DNA of 42,518 nt from Klebsiella phage vB_KpnS_IME279: sequence record MF614100.1. One strand, written 5' to 3'. The notes under the pieces were generated by a model. It made no database searches. It had not been told where the DNA came from and saw only the letters and a program-made list of their open reading frames with translations. The translations under genes were made by a program, and so were the position numbers. This document shows positions 7,613 through 17,374 of this stretch, piece by piece; within the stretch, counting starts at the first letter, position 1, and the number at the start of each line of letters is the position of its first letter.

Positions 7613-8004
7613 TTGAATTTCCCCTCTCTCTTGAATTTCATGATCCGCCCACGAAGGGACGGGACAGTTTTGCCTAACCAGTTGGCGACGTGCGCGTGGG
7701 TCAGCTCGTCCGGGACTACCACGCCGCGCCCGGTGGAGATCACCAGCTCGTCCAGGTCTGCCTCGGTCAGCTCATGCTCCAGGAAGCGTAAGAGCCTGCC
7801 ATCCTCTCCGGTGGTCCATTCCGTATAGGTCCGGTTGAATGCCAGCGACACGCCCAGCTCCGACGCCCGGACCTGCATCTGGCGGAAGTTGCGCCCGATT
7901 TTCTTTGCCAGCTCCTCGCGTGGCATGGTCCCGGCCAGGCGGATCAGCTCCGCGTCCTGCGCGTCCGTCCATCCGATAATTTCCGCTGTTACTTTACCCA
8001 TCAT
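7609..8004 (-). CDS. GcrA-like DNA-binding protein (N-terminal HTH resembling cell-cycle regulator GcrA)
   Basis: GWTDAQDAELIRLAGTMPREELAKKIGRNFRQMQVRASELGVS follows the GcrA pattern WTDE..L..L...G.S...IA..LG...RN.V..K..RLGL. The start is coupled to the upstream stop (ATGA). The longer six-frame ORF to 8229 is rejected. Confidence 0.5.
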   Translation of the reverse strand: MMGKVTAEIIGWTDAQDAELIRLAGTMPREELAKKIGRNFRQMQVRASELGVSLAFNRTYTEWTTGEDGRLLRFLEHELTEADLDELVISTGRGVVVPDELTHAHVANWLGKTVPSLRGRIMKFKREGKFK

Positions 8005-8261
8005 CCCCCCTTGAGGCGCTTTCTGTTTTTGGTGGCCTCTATGGCCTCTTTGAGCGTCGTCTCTTTGCCGCCGCCCGGTTGTACCCGGTCCAGTTTTGGG
8101 TCCGGCTGGTGGAGGAAGATCTCGCCCTCCGGTGTCTCGATCGATATGTCCGCGATCGCCTCTTTGCCAAAGACTGCCGACACTTTGCTGATCATGTCGT
8201 CCAGTCCGGCGGCCTGCGCCGCCTCCCATACCTCGCGGCGCGTCCCCTGTTTACGCGCCAT
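8001..8261 (-). CDS. Hypothetical protein, 86 aa
   Basis: Overlaps both neighbours. Part of the cassette driven by the promoter at 8564-8592. Confidence 0.55.
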   Translation of the reverse strand: MARKQGTRREVWEAAQAAGLDDMISKVSAVFGKEAIADISIETPEGEIFLHQPDPKLDRVQPGGGKETTLKEAIEATKNRKRLKGG

Positions 8262-8532
8262 ACGCTTTCCGTAATGCGTCGTTAGCGTTAGCCATCAGCT
8301 CGGCGATCTCGCGCTGCGTAGCCTTGTATGCCTCCGGGCCTGCGTACCACATCCGTAGGCGGTTGGTAAGACACTGCGCGTTAAAGGCCAGTGTCTGGGC
8401 CTGCGCCAGCATCAGGCGGCTAACTACGCGCGCTTTGTTTGCGCGGGCGAAAATGGTCCCCGGCTGGTCGCCCCAGTATTTGGCGCGGAGGTCTGCCATT
8501 GTCTGGCCGTTTTTGTTGGTTGCTGTAGTCAT
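8251..8532 (-). CDS. Hypothetical helical protein, 93 aa
   Basis: ORF 8251-8592. Preferred start is MTTATNKNG, with SD GAGGAA. Confidence 0.55.
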   Translation of the reverse strand: MTTATNKNGQTMADLRAKYWGDQPGTIFARANKARVVSRLMLAQAQTLAFNAQCLTNRLRMWYAGPEAYKATQREIAELMANANDALRKAYGA

Positions 8533-8563
8533 TTCGTTTTCCTCGCTGGTTGGTGTGATAAAG

Positions 8564-8592
8564 AATATAACAAAGGATAAATGGGGTCGCAA
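8564..8592 (-). promoter_or_regulatory. Candidate sigma70 promoter TTGCGA-N17-TATATT
   Basis: Reverse complement gives TTGCGA, a 17-nt spacer and TATATT. Sits between the terminator at 8610-8644 and the 93-aa gene. Confidence 0.5.
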
Positions 8593-8609
8593 GGATTATT
8601 TTAATTATT

Positions 8610-8644
8610 TCGTGATAAAAGAGAAAAGGCCCCGGAGTGGGGCC
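8610..8644 (-). terminator. Rho-independent terminator for the minus-strand primase/dam operon
   Basis: GGCCCC-ACTCC-GGGGCC followed by TTTTCTCTTTTATC on the minus strand, directly after the 245-aa gene's stop. Confidence 0.75.
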
Positions 8645-8649
8645 TGAGA

Positions 8650-9387
8650 CTAGCGGACGTTAGCGAGGAAGGTCGCGAGCGCGAAGCCCTCCGGGGTGGC
8701 GCTGCGTATGTTCTTTGTGCGGGTACTCGATCCGCCCAGCTTGGACCAGCCGGGATTATCTTTAGCCGCCGGGACTGGCTTCACCTCCGGCATGACGAAG
8801 CCGCCACCACACCAGATCCCGGTCTGCTTCGGATAGGCATCGCGCGCCGGGTAGATCTCCGGGTATAGGCGGTGCTGGTGGTCGTCCGGCAAGTAGCCGC
8901 CGTAATGGTACGGGTGAAACCAGTAATCACAGGGCCGCCACATCGTCGAGAGCCGGGAGATCTTCGGATTCTCCAGCATCCAGGGGACGGGCATCGAATC
9001 ATCATAATGTCCGTTCTCATAGGCGGCGAGGTCCGCCACCTCCTCCACCATGCGAGCCAGCGCGACGGCCTTGTGTTGGAAGTACGGATCCCGCGCCCGT
9101 TTCAGCTCCCACCAGCGCGCCCCGGTGCAAGTAAGGTCGGTACACTCGGCAAACGAGGCGACAAACTCAATACCGGGGCCGACCTCCTCGACAATGGTCA
9201 GCGCCTCGATCTCGGTATGCTGCGCGTTAAACATGCGCCCGACGCGGATAAGGTTCGGCTCCTGCGGGTCTGGGTGGATCCCGTCCTCGTGCTGGCCGTC
9301 ATACATCCAGCATTGATAGCCAGCCCGGAGCCACGGATCAACCATGATCCGCGTAAGGTTGAATAAGAATATCGCCTTACGCGTCAT
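8650..9387 (-). CDS. Hypothetical Trp-rich protein, 245 aa
   Basis: Long ORF coupled to the upstream gene. No recognisable motif. Confidence 0.7.
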   Translation of the reverse strand: MTRKAIFLFNLTRIMVDPWLRAGYQCWMYDGQHEDGIHPDPQEPNLIRVGRMFNAQHTEIEALTIVEEVGPGIEFVASFAECTDLTCTGARWWELKRARDPYFQHKAVALARMVEEVADLAAYENGHYDDSMPVPWMLENPKISRLSTMWRPCDYWFHPYHYGGYLPDDHQHRLYPEIYPARDAYPKQTGIWCGGGFVMPEVKPVPAAKDNPGWSKLGGSSTRTKNIRSATPEGFALATFLANVR

Positions 9388-9388
9388 G

Positions 9389-9973
9389 TTACGGCCTCGC
9401 TGGCATAATGATCATCGTGGACGGTCCGAAAGGCGTCTTAAACTCGACGCGCATCGGCATATCTTTCCCAGCGAAGTGGAGATCCACAAACGGCATTTTG
9501 ACGCCGAATTTTTTCCCCAGCTTTTCGACGAGGCCCAGATATTCGGCCATCACTTTGACGTCCGTCACTGCTTTGGAGTTGTTCTTCGCGCTGTCGATCA
9601 CGCGGCCCAGATCAGGATAACGGGCGTCCACGACGTCAACCGTCCCGACGGCCAGACGCTGGCGGCGGAAGTCGAAGCCCTCCAGGTCCTGCGGCTTGTC
9701 GGCCATCTGCGCGCACCAGTACACGATCCCGGCTTCGGTATCGATCACGGCGGTGGAGTAGGCGCGCCCGGTCGGAGGTGTGGAGACATTCAGGATCAGG
9801 CCCTCCGCCGGGGCCTCGGTCAGCGCGGAGCGGGTGGAGAGCGCTACGTGGCCGTTAGACGTCTGGATCTCGTCGCCTTTGAAGTGTAAAGCGTTCAGGT
9901 AATACCGCACATCCTGGCGGCCTTTGGTGAGCTGGTGAGCGCGGAGCGCGTCAACGGGTGCATAGATGATCAT
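9389..9973 (-). CDS. Hypothetical protein, 194 aa
   Basis: Long ORF in the primase/dam operon. No confident domain call. Confidence 0.7.
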   Translation of the reverse strand: MIIYAPVDALRAHQLTKGRQDVRYYLNALHFKGDEIQTSNGHVALSTRSALTEAPAEGLILNVSTPPTGRAYSTAVIDTEAGIVYWCAQMADKPQDLEGFDFRRQRLAVGTVDVVDARYPDLGRVIDSAKNNSKAVTDVKVMAEYLGLVEKLGKKFGVKMPFVDLHFAGKDMPMRVEFKTPFGPSTMIIMPARP

Positions 9974-9986
9974 CTTTGAGTCTCCA

Positions 9987-10688
9987 TTAAATCAGGCTTT
10001 TGCCTGCGTACATCATTTCGGTAAGCGTTACGTATTCCGTCTTGATCTCGCCACGCTTGCGGGGCTTGATCAGGAATAAGACGGACGACTTCGGATTTTT
10101 GCCGCCAGGCTCCCCGGTCACGGCATCCACAAACGCCACGCGCCCGGACGTCTCGCCGTCGCTGGTGATGTGGACAATGACGGACGCATGATCCAGCGCT
10201 TTCTTAAACCAGGCCGTGGAGGCATCGGAGTTCACGAGGAGGACCGTCGAGACGCCGCGCGTCTTTGCCTGCTCGATCGCTTTGGTCACAAACGGCATCG
10301 GCTCCGCATAGGGTGGGTTACACCATGCCAGCCCGTTCTCCGCGCCCCAGTTCACTTCGTCGCGGAGGGCGTTCGTCTCCTCGTCCAGATAGCAGGCGCA
10401 CAGGGCGTTAATCTTCTCGGCGGCCACGTCGATCCCAAACTCGCCGAAACGCTTACGCGCCCAGGCGAAAAGCCACTCCGGCGTCCGCCACTTCTGGCGC
10501 ACTTTGTCCGGCGTCTTGCTGCCTTTGAAACGGCGACCGCTCACGCGGTTCTCGTCGTCGGCCATGATCTCGTTAGTCGCTTTCTGGCCGATGGCCGCGA
10601 GCTGGGTCATAACGCCGGGGGCCACGCCATGCTCAGCGCCTGCCTGCTCCAGCATTTCGATCGTGCTCTTGTCGTTCTCGTCTTTCAT
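9987..10688 (-). CDS. dam: DNA N6-adenine methyltransferase, phage Dam family
   Basis: WRTPEWLF ... LAWCNPPY catalytic motif typical of phage Dam (NPPY variant of DPPY). Confidence 0.85.
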   Translation of the reverse strand: MKDENDKSTIEMLEQAGAEHGVAPGVMTQLAAIGQKATNEIMADDENRVSGRRFKGSKTPDKVRQKWRTPEWLFAWARKRFGEFGIDVAAEKINALCACYLDEETNALRDEVNWGAENGLAWCNPPYAEPMPFVTKAIEQAKTRGVSTVLLVNSDASTAWFKKALDHASVIVHITSDGETSGRVAFVDAVTGEPGGKNPKSSVLFLIKPRKRGEIKTEYVTLTEMMYAGKSLI

Positions 10689-10827
10689 TGGATTATCCTT
10701 TGTTGGTGGATCGCAATTAACATAATGGAATCGTGATTTTATTTCAAGAGGAAAATGTGATTTACTTGTGTTGTCTCTTTCCTTCGTCGGAAAAAATTAG
10801 CGCCCGCTGGTATCGGTCGCGCCCATT

Positions 10828-10853
10828 GGCCCCTCGTGCGGGGCCTTTTTTTT
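10828..10853 (+). terminator. Plus-strand-oriented intrinsic terminator between the minus-strand primase and dam genes
   Basis: GGCCCC-TCGTGC-GGGGCC followed by T8. The orientation is antisense to the flanking genes. Confidence 0.5.
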
Positions 10854-11664
10854 ACCCAAACGCGCCGCAATAGTCAGCGCCCCAGCAAGCCCTCCCCGTC
10901 CGCTCGTGCCGATACATCCAGATCTCGTCCGGGTCAGTCGCCACCATGCGAAGCTCCCGATCGCCCTCATACTCCAGCGCCACCTCGACGGCATTACCCG
11001 GCGTAAACGTCAGCCAGACCTCGGCCCCTGTCCGCGCGGCCACCTTTGCAGCATGGCCGGGATCGGCCACCAGATAAGCCGTCTTGCCCTCGGCGACTGG
11101 GTGGATCAGGCCGTAGGATCCCCACGTCGGGCCACCAGCGGCAAACGTCACTGAGCGGTCCGGCGCGACCTTCGCCACGTTGCAGGGCGATCCCCCCAGC
11201 GCACGGAAGCACGGCACATACAGGAAGCCGCCGCGCATGGTCCCTTTGCTCATGATCAGCTCGACCTCCTCCGGCTTGAGGCTCCAGTCCTCGCGTGGCC
11301 GCTGCTGCATGGCTGCGAATTTCTTCGCCTCTTTGACGATGGTTTCCCGCTTCTCCGGGGTGAGTCCGCCGATCCAGTCGCCCAGGTCGTTGATCGCCTC
11401 GTTGAATGGCTGGTTACGGGAGGCCATAAACCAAAACATCCCATCACGCGCGCCGCCACACGAGCCGGAGCAATACGCGAAGCCGTCCCGGCGTTTTTCC
11501 TTGTCCTTGTGGCCCCAGCGGAAACGGTCGTTTCCTCCACATATCGGGCATGGTTGATGCCGCCCCTTGAATATGGCGCGGTCCCAGCCGCACAGCTCGA
11601 TCAGGACTTGCTCCCATTTGTCCGGCATGGCGGCCAGTACATCCTCTTTTTTATAAATTGCCAT
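10852..11664 (-). CDS. DNA primase (zinc-binding N-terminus plus Toprim-like core)
   Basis: CPICGGNDRFRW ... CSGSCGG zinc-finger motifs typical of phage/P4-type primases. Confidence 0.7.
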   Translation of the reverse strand: MAIYKKEDVLAAMPDKWEQVLIELCGWDRAIFKGRHQPCPICGGNDRFRWGHKDKEKRRDGFAYCSGSCGGARDGMFWFMASRNQPFNEAINDLGDWIGGLTPEKRETIVKEAKKFAAMQQRPREDWSLKPEEVELIMSKGTMRGGFLYVPCFRALGGSPCNVAKVAPDRSVTFAAGGPTWGSYGLIHPVAEGKTAYLVADPGHAAKVAARTGAEVWLTFTPGNAVEVALEYEGDRELRMVATDPDEIWMYRHERTGRACWGADYCGAFG

Positions 11665-11732
11665 GTTGTCCTCCGGTTAATTCTGCATTACTATAAATCA
11701 CGCTTTAATGATATTACAAGGAATAAAAAGGC

Positions 11733-13787
11733 ATGGTAGAGACACTGGAGCGCCAGATAGCGGCGATCGACAAAGACGCCATACTCCGCGCGCTGGGCGA
11801 CTTGCCCGTGACTCCATACGATCATCAGTTCGTAGCGTATGAGGCTTGTCAGCAAGCTATCCGAAAATATCCCGGCCCGGTTATTGTCGATGCCGCCGTG
11901 TCTGCGGGTAAGACAATCATGATCGCCATGCTGGCGCGCCGGATCCGCGATCTCGGCTATCCGGCCATGATCCTGTCCCGCCAGGCGGAGATCATCGATC
12001 AGGACCATGAGGAGCTGAAAAACTTCCAGGTGTGGTCCTCGATCTACTGCGCGGGCATCAATAACACGAAGTCGAACAAATTCCCGATCATCGTCGGCTC
12101 GGAGGGTACGGTGATCGGCGGCATTAAGCCAGGCGAAAAGCTGGCGAACTATGCGCCGCTGTTCCTGCTGATTGATGAATGCCATCACGTCAACATTGAG
12201 GACCTGATCCGCTCGGAAAATCGCAAGGTCCCGGAGTACCTGGTGGAGAATGGGGCCTATGTGCTGGACGAGTTCGGCGAAAAGGTTCAGGTAGGGGAGC
12301 ACGTCGGCGAGACTTACGAAGAAATGATCGAGAGTGGCCGCGCCGCCTATACGATCATCATTCGCACGTTTCAGGAGCGATGCCGCCGCGTCCACGGTAA
12401 GGAGCTGCGGATCATCGGTTACACCGGGACGCCTTACCGGGGCTGCGAGTCCATCATCCAGCCGGACCTTAAGGAGCCGGGATTCTGGCGTAAGAAGGTA
12501 TGCGAGATCTCTACGGAATACCTGGTAAGCGTCGGCGCTGTCGTCCCGACACGCTTCGGGATCTCCGATCTCCGGTACGACCTGAGCCAGTGGCGATCGA
12601 CGGGCGAGGAGGGGATCAAGGAGTTTTCCGACGCTGATATGAAAGCGATGGAAGCCGCGATCCATAAGGACAAAAAGCTCACACAAAAAATCATGGCGGA
12701 AGTGTACGCCATCACTGAAAACCGTAACGGGGTGCTGGTGACGTGCGCCGGGGTCCGCCACTGCAAAGAGGCCGCCGCCGCGCTGCCGGAGGGGACGCCG
12801 TTCGCCATCATCACGGAGGACACGACGCCGCGCAAACGCCGCGAGATCCTCAAAGATGCCAATACGGGCAAAATAAAATTCATCTTCCAGGTTAACGCGC
12901 TCACGACGGGCGTCAACGTGCCTTTCTGGGACACGTCGGTGATCCTGCGTAAGATTGGCTCCCTCACCCTGTTAACCCAGCTCTTAGGCCGTGGGATGCG
13001 TATTCTTAAGCCGTTCCATCTGGCCGCCGGGTACACGAAAGAGGATCACCTGGTACTCGACTACGCCGGGACGCTCGACGAGCTGGGATCGTTGTACTTC
13101 TCCCCGCTGCTGGAGGCTTACCAGCATAACGCCGACGAGAGCAAGGGTAAGCTGGTTCAGCGCTGCCCGAAATGTTACGCGGCTGGCCGCACGGTCATGA
13201 ATGGCGAACATGCCCGCCGTTGCCGCTGGGTGGATCCTGATACGAAGATCCGATGTGACCACTTTTTCACGTTCATAACCTGCGACGACTGGAAGGACTC
13301 CAGCGGGAAGATCGTCACACAAAAAGGCTGCGGCGCGAAAAATGACATTGTGGCCCGCATTTGCCGCTGCTGCGGTAATAGCCTCGTGGATCCGAATGAA
13401 AAGCTATCCCACACGGCATACAGCAAAGATGATTATTGCGCGGTCCGCGATTTCAGGATCGAGCCAGCGCGAGGCCGTAATGGCAACGATACGGGCGGCG
13501 TGGCTTTCCGGTACGTTCTGGAGCGTGACGGCGTGGAGTTTATCGCGTGGCAAGTGTTCTGGCCGGGTAGCGATTCCCCCCAGGCGCGCAAGGAGTGGCT
13601 ACATAACGCGGTCAATAAGCACGTACTGGACGGAAGCATGAGAAAGCAGATCAAGGAGTGCCGGACGGTCGGCGCTGTCATGAGTTACGCCGGGTACTTT
13701 ATGCGCCCGCTCAAAGTGACTCACCGCAAGATCGGCAAGGGTAAAGACGTTATTTCGAACAAGATTTTTCTGAATGAGGACTTTTAA
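11733..13787 (+). CDS. SF2 DEAD/DEAH-box helicase with a C-terminal zinc-finger region
   Basis: Walker A AVSAGKT, motif II LIDECHH, SAT-like GYTGTP. C-terminal CPKC...C..H...CCGNS cysteine clusters. Confidence 0.85.
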   Translation: MVETLERQIAAIDKDAILRALGDLPVTPYDHQFVAYEACQQAIRKYPGPVIVDAAVSAGKTIMIAMLARRIRDLGYPAMILSRQAEIIDQDHEELKNFQVWSSIYCAGINNTKSNKFPIIVGSEGTVIGGIKPGEKLANYAPLFLLIDECHHVNIEDLIRSENRKVPEYLVENGAYVLDEFGEKVQVGEHVGETYEEMIESGRAAYTIIIRTFQERCRRVHGKELRIIGYTGTPYRGCESIIQPDLKEPGFWRKKVCEISTEYLVSVGAVVPTRFGISDLRYDLSQWRSTGEEGIKEFSDADMKAMEAAIHKDKKLTQKIMAEVYAITENRNGVLVTCAGVRHCKEAAAALPEGTPFAIITEDTTPRKRREILKDANTGKIKFIFQVNALTTGVNVPFWDTSVILRKIGSLTLLTQLLGRGMRILKPFHLAAGYTKEDHLVLDYAGTLDELGSLYFSPLLEAYQHNADESKGKLVQRCPKCYAAGRTVMNGEHARRCRWVDPDTKIRCDHFFTFITCDDWKDSSGKIVTQKGCGAKNDIVARICRCCGNSLVDPNEKLSHTAYSKDDYCAVRDFRIEPARGRNGNDTGGVAFRYVLERDGVEFIAWQVFWPGSDSPQARKEWLHNAVNKHVLDGSMRKQIKECRTVGAVMSYAGYFMRPLKVTHRKIGKGKDVISNKIFLNEDF

Positions 13788-14234
13788 ATGTACCTGTTAA
13801 CTCGTGGAAATGTGACGATCGACGTAAACGAGGGCAAGGACTGGCTGGAATTTACCCGCCGCCATAATCTGCCGCTCTGCCCGCTGGAGGCGGTGGAGCA
13901 AAAGGAAACTAACACTTATTTGCGCTACTTCCACCCTGAGATCCTGGCGTTTCATCCGGTCAACGAATCGGGAGCCGCTGGTGATGAAAAGTACGGCGCG
14001 GAGCTGAAAAAACGCGGACGCCTCACCGGGATCTCCGACTGGGTGATCCTGGAGCCACGCGGCGGCCACCCCTACGCCCTGATCGAGCTTAAGCGAAACC
14101 TTAAGAGCAAGAGCCGATTAACGCCGGACCAGAAAGAGGTCTTGCTGGCGGCCAAAAAGCGCGGCGCGTGGACTGCGGTCGCGTGGGGTTGTGACGCTTT
14201 CGAGGCGGCGCTGGAAATGTATCTTGCTTTGTAG
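13788..14234 (+). CDS. VRR-NUC domain nuclease
   Basis: PD-(D/E)xK signature GISDWVILEP...ALIELK. Confidence 0.7.
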   Translation: MYLLTRGNVTIDVNEGKDWLEFTRRHNLPLCPLEAVEQKETNTYLRYFHPEILAFHPVNESGAAGDEKYGAELKKRGRLTGISDWVILEPRGGHPYALIELKRNLKSKSRLTPDQKEVLLAAKKRGAWTAVAWGCDAFEAALEMYLAL

Positions 14235-14295
14235 TTGCGAACATCACGAAAGCATGATATAAAATAAGCCTACCCACCACGAAAGAGACGAGACG

Positions 14296-15342
14296 ATGGA
14301 ACTACAAACAAACGGCCTGATCCCTGAGCTGCCGACAATGGAAGTTTACGGATCGATGTTTATCGACGCCCGCGCGGCGGAGGACCTGAGTAACGAAGCC
14401 TATCACGAGGACGAGATCTATATTACCGGGTCGAGCCTCTGGACCATTTTTAGCCAGTGTCCGGCGGCGTGGCGTTTCCAGAAAGCACAGGAGGACAAGG
14501 CCAAAAAACTTAACTCCGCCCAGAAGCCGCTCACGTTCGGGACCACTTCCCACACGATGTTACTTGAGCCGGACCGCTTCCAGCGCGAGTTTTACCGCCT
14601 GCCTAACCCGGACGACTTCCCGGAGCTGATTACCTCAATGGCGAAGATGCAAGCCTGGTTAAAGGAGCGCGGCCAGAAGGGCTACTCCAACAAAACGGCG
14701 GAGGAGCTGATCGCGATGTGTCGCCAGATCCAGCAACCGGACGAAGTGCTAAACATCTGGCACGAGATCGAGGCAAACGCCATCAAAGAGGCGAACGGTC
14801 GCGAGATCGTCCCTGCGAAGGACTGGGACCGCGTTCACTCTATGCGCGACGTGCTACTGGCTAACCACAATTACCGCCGGATCATTGAGACTGGGATCCC
14901 GGAGCTGTCCATCTTCTGCATTATCGACGGCGTTCCCGTTAAGGTGCGTCTGGACCGCGTGACGGACCTCGGCGAGATCATCGACTACAAAACCACGCAA
15001 AGCGCGGAGCCGGAGCGCTTCGGGCGTCTGGCTCACGATCTGGGCTACTGGTGCAAGATGGCGTTACAGCATGACTGCTTCCAGCTCTGCTACCAGCAAA
15101 ACCCGACCGGGACGAAGTTACTTGTACAGGAGAAAGACGAGCCGTGGCTGGCGCTCATGAATCGCCTTACGCCTGAGCAATTGATGATCGGGCGCGGCCA
15201 GTACAAGACGGCGCTCCAGCTCTTTAAACAGTGCCGCGATCTGGATATCTGGCCCGCCTACGCGAACGGCCAGGAGGAGATCGACCTCCGCACTCCGATT
15301 TATTTACAGCAACGTTACAAAGAATATTTTAAGGAGATCTAA
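14296..15342 (+). CDS. PD-(D/E)xK exonuclease (RecB/Cas4-like fold), probable recombination exonuclease partner of ERF
   Basis: LDRVTD...EIIDYKTTQ motif. Sits immediately upstream of the ERF and SSB genes. Confidence 0.65.
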   Translation: MELQTNGLIPELPTMEVYGSMFIDARAAEDLSNEAYHEDEIYITGSSLWTIFSQCPAAWRFQKAQEDKAKKLNSAQKPLTFGTTSHTMLLEPDRFQREFYRLPNPDDFPELITSMAKMQAWLKERGQKGYSNKTAEELIAMCRQIQQPDEVLNIWHEIEANAIKEANGREIVPAKDWDRVHSMRDVLLANHNYRRIIETGIPELSIFCIIDGVPVKVRLDRVTDLGEIIDYKTTQSAEPERFGRLAHDLGYWCKMALQHDCFQLCYQQNPTGTKLLVQEKDEPWLALMNRLTPEQLMIGRGQYKTALQLFKQCRDLDIWPAYANGQEEIDLRTPIYLQQRYKEYFKEI

Positions 15343-16068
15343 ATGGAAAACATCATCCAGTTTTCGGCCACTCGTGGCGAGTTTATGAAAGCGTTTTTTG
15401 CCGCCCGGAAGAACATCGGCACGATCTCCAAAACGCGCAAAAACGATCACTTAAAATCGACTTACGCCAACCTGTCGGACTACCTGGACGCCATCGACTC
15501 CGCGATCGAGGAGCAAGGCTTGATGGTGATCCAGTCTCCGGGCGCGTTTACCGCTGCGGGCGATATGCCGATGGAAACCAGGATCGAGCATGTCGAATCG
15601 GGCGAGTTTATGGTGGCGCTCATGGAGATCCACGTCGATCGCAAAAACGCCCAGGGCGACGGCTCCGCGATTTCCTACGCCCGCCGCTACCACATCGGCG
15701 CGCTGTTCGGTCTGACTGCCGACGACGACGACGGCCACGGCGCTAAACGCAAGTTTGCCGACTACAAAAAAGAGTTTGACCTGATCGAAGATATTACCGA
15801 ACTGAAAAAAGAGGCCCGCGTGGCGTTCATGTACCTGAAAGGCCAGGAGACGGAGCAAAACCTGATCCACGAGTACGTCGCGAAGCGTGAAGCCAAAGCG
15901 GCGGCCTCTACTGCGGTCGGCTTCAATCCGGCGGCCCCGGTTGCTCGTCGTGGTCAGAAACCGCAAAATGCGCAAGCCCCGGTACAGGGGCAGACGCCGG
16001 AGCCGGAAACGAAAGAGGCCCCTGCTCCGGTACAGGACGACAAAAAACCGAATCTTGAGGACTTCTAA
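15343..16068 (+). CDS. erf: ERF-family single-strand annealing protein
   Basis: [24 protein letters not shown] motif of the ERF superfamily, followed by the SSB gene. Confidence 0.8.
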   Translation: MENIIQFSATRGEFMKAFFAARKNIGTISKTRKNDHLKSTYANLSDYLDAIDSAIEEQGLMVIQSPGAFTAAGDMPMETRIEHVESGEFMVALMEIHVDRKNAQGDGSAISYARRYHIGALFGLTADDDDGHGAKRKFADYKKEFDLIEDITELKKEARVAFMYLKGQETEQNLIHEYVAKREAKAAASTAVGFNPAAPVARRGQKPQNAQAPVQGQTPEPETKEAPAPVQDDKKPNLEDF

Positions 16069-16070
16069 AC

Positions 16071-16619
16071 ATGGCATCACGCGGCGTAAATAAGGTGATT
16101 CTGGTCGGCAATCTGGGACAGGATCCCGAAGTAAGATATATGCCGTCGGGCGGGGCGGTCGCGAACATCACGATCGCCACCTCTGAGTCCTGGCGAGATA
16201 AGCAGACCGGGGAGCAAAAAGAACAAACGGAATGGCATCGCGTGGTTCTGTTCGGCAAGCTGGCGGAGATCGCCGGGGAGTACCTCAAAAAAGGCTCACA
16301 GGTCTACATTGAGGGCCAGTTACGGACGCGCAAATGGACAGACCAGCAAGGCGTCGAGAAGTACACGACGGAGGTCGTCGTGAACGTTGGCGGCACTATG
16401 CAAATGCTGGGTAGCCGGGGCGGGAATGATGGCGGCCAGTCTGGGGGGAACGGTGGCGGGCGTCAGTATTCCGGCCAGACCTCCGGCGGGAATGGCAATT
16501 CTCGCAATTCTCCGGGCCGTGGCGGGGCGCAAACGCAAAAAGGCGGGGGTAGTAGCCAAAATGCCGGACAAGGCGCTGGAGAGCCTCCTATGGACTTCGA
16601 CGACGATATCCCGTTTTAA
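16071..16619 (+). CDS. ssb: Single-stranded DNA-binding protein
   Basis: [48 protein letters not shown], Gly-rich linker, C-terminal [10 protein letters not shown] identical to the E. coli SSB tail. Confidence 0.95.
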   Translation: MASRGVNKVILVGNLGQDPEVRYMPSGGAVANITIATSESWRDKQTGEQKEQTEWHRVVLFGKLAEIAGEYLKKGSQVYIEGQLRTRKWTDQQGVEKYTTEVVVNVGGTMQMLGSRGGNDGGQSGGNGGGRQYSGQTSGGNGNSRNSPGRGGAQTQKGGGSSQNAGQGAGEPPMDFDDDIPF

Positions 16620-16662
16620 CTCACTGGCCCCTCCGGGGGCCTGATCCTCCCAGGGGTCGAAG

Positions 16663-17103
16663 ATGAAACAATGTACAGTCTGCAAAGAGCTTAAGCCGCT
16701 GGAGGCGTTCCACAGAAACCGGAGCAAAAAGGACGGGCGGGACTGCCGCTGTAGCGCCTGCAAAAACGCGAAGGGCCGGAGCTACTACCACGCCGATCCA
16801 GTGCGCAAAGAGAAGATCATCGCCAGCGTAAAGGCATACCAGGCCGGACCGGGACGCGAGCTGGCAAACGCCACAAAGTCGGCATACCACACGAGACACG
16901 CCAAAAAGCGGCGCGCTCATAATCTTGTCTATAACGCTTTAAGGCGCGGGGACCTCGTGAAAAGCCCGTGTGAGTGCTGCGGGGAGTTAAAGGTGGTAGG
17001 GCATCACGACGACTACGATCGCCCGTTAGACGTGCGCTGGCTTTGCGAGAGGCATCACAAGGAATGGCATCGGCTCCACGGGGAAGCCTTAAATCCCGAT
17101 TGA
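16663..17103 (+). CDS. HNH endonuclease
   Basis: N-terminal CTVCKELKPLEAFHRNRSKKDG plus C-terminal CECCGE...GHHDDYD...CERHHKEWH HNH motif. Confidence 0.75.
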   Translation: MKQCTVCKELKPLEAFHRNRSKKDGRDCRCSACKNAKGRSYYHADPVRKEKIIASVKAYQAGPGRELANATKSAYHTRHAKKRRAHNLVYNALRRGDLVKSPCECCGELKVVGHHDDYDRPLDVRWLCERHHKEWHRLHGEALNPD

Positions 17104-17145
17104 CGTAAATCACTAACTAATTAATAATCACGGAGACGTTAACAA

Positions 17146-17373
17146 ATGTTGGAGCCTATGATGGCACAGAAACTTAAGCCCGTTTGCCTCGTGAAAGAAG
17201 TCCGCGAGGCGAAGGGCGTAAAACAGAAAGATTTAGCGGACGCGACGGGCATCCTCCAGCAACGTTTAAGCTGCTATGAGAACGGCCACGAGCTGCCGTC
17301 TGTAACTAACCTCTGCCGCCTGGCTATGGCGCTGGATGTTTCCATTAACGATTTGATCGAGTACGGAGTGTAA
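17146..17373 (+). CDS. XRE-family HTH transcriptional regulator (Cro/CI-type)
   Basis: KQKDLADATGILQQRLSCYENG helix-turn-helix. Confidence 0.75.
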   Translation: MLEPMMAQKLKPVCLVKEVREAKGVKQKDLADATGILQQRLSCYENGHELPSVTNLCRLAMALDVSINDLIEYGV

Positions 17374-17374
17374 C

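Noticed and set aside
7609-8229. Six-frame ORF extending the GcrA-like gene to 206 aa
   Set aside because: The N-terminal 75 aa are Gly/Arg-rich junk in the frame overlapping the real upstream 86-aa gene. A coupled ATGA start at 8004 gives a clean 132-aa protein.
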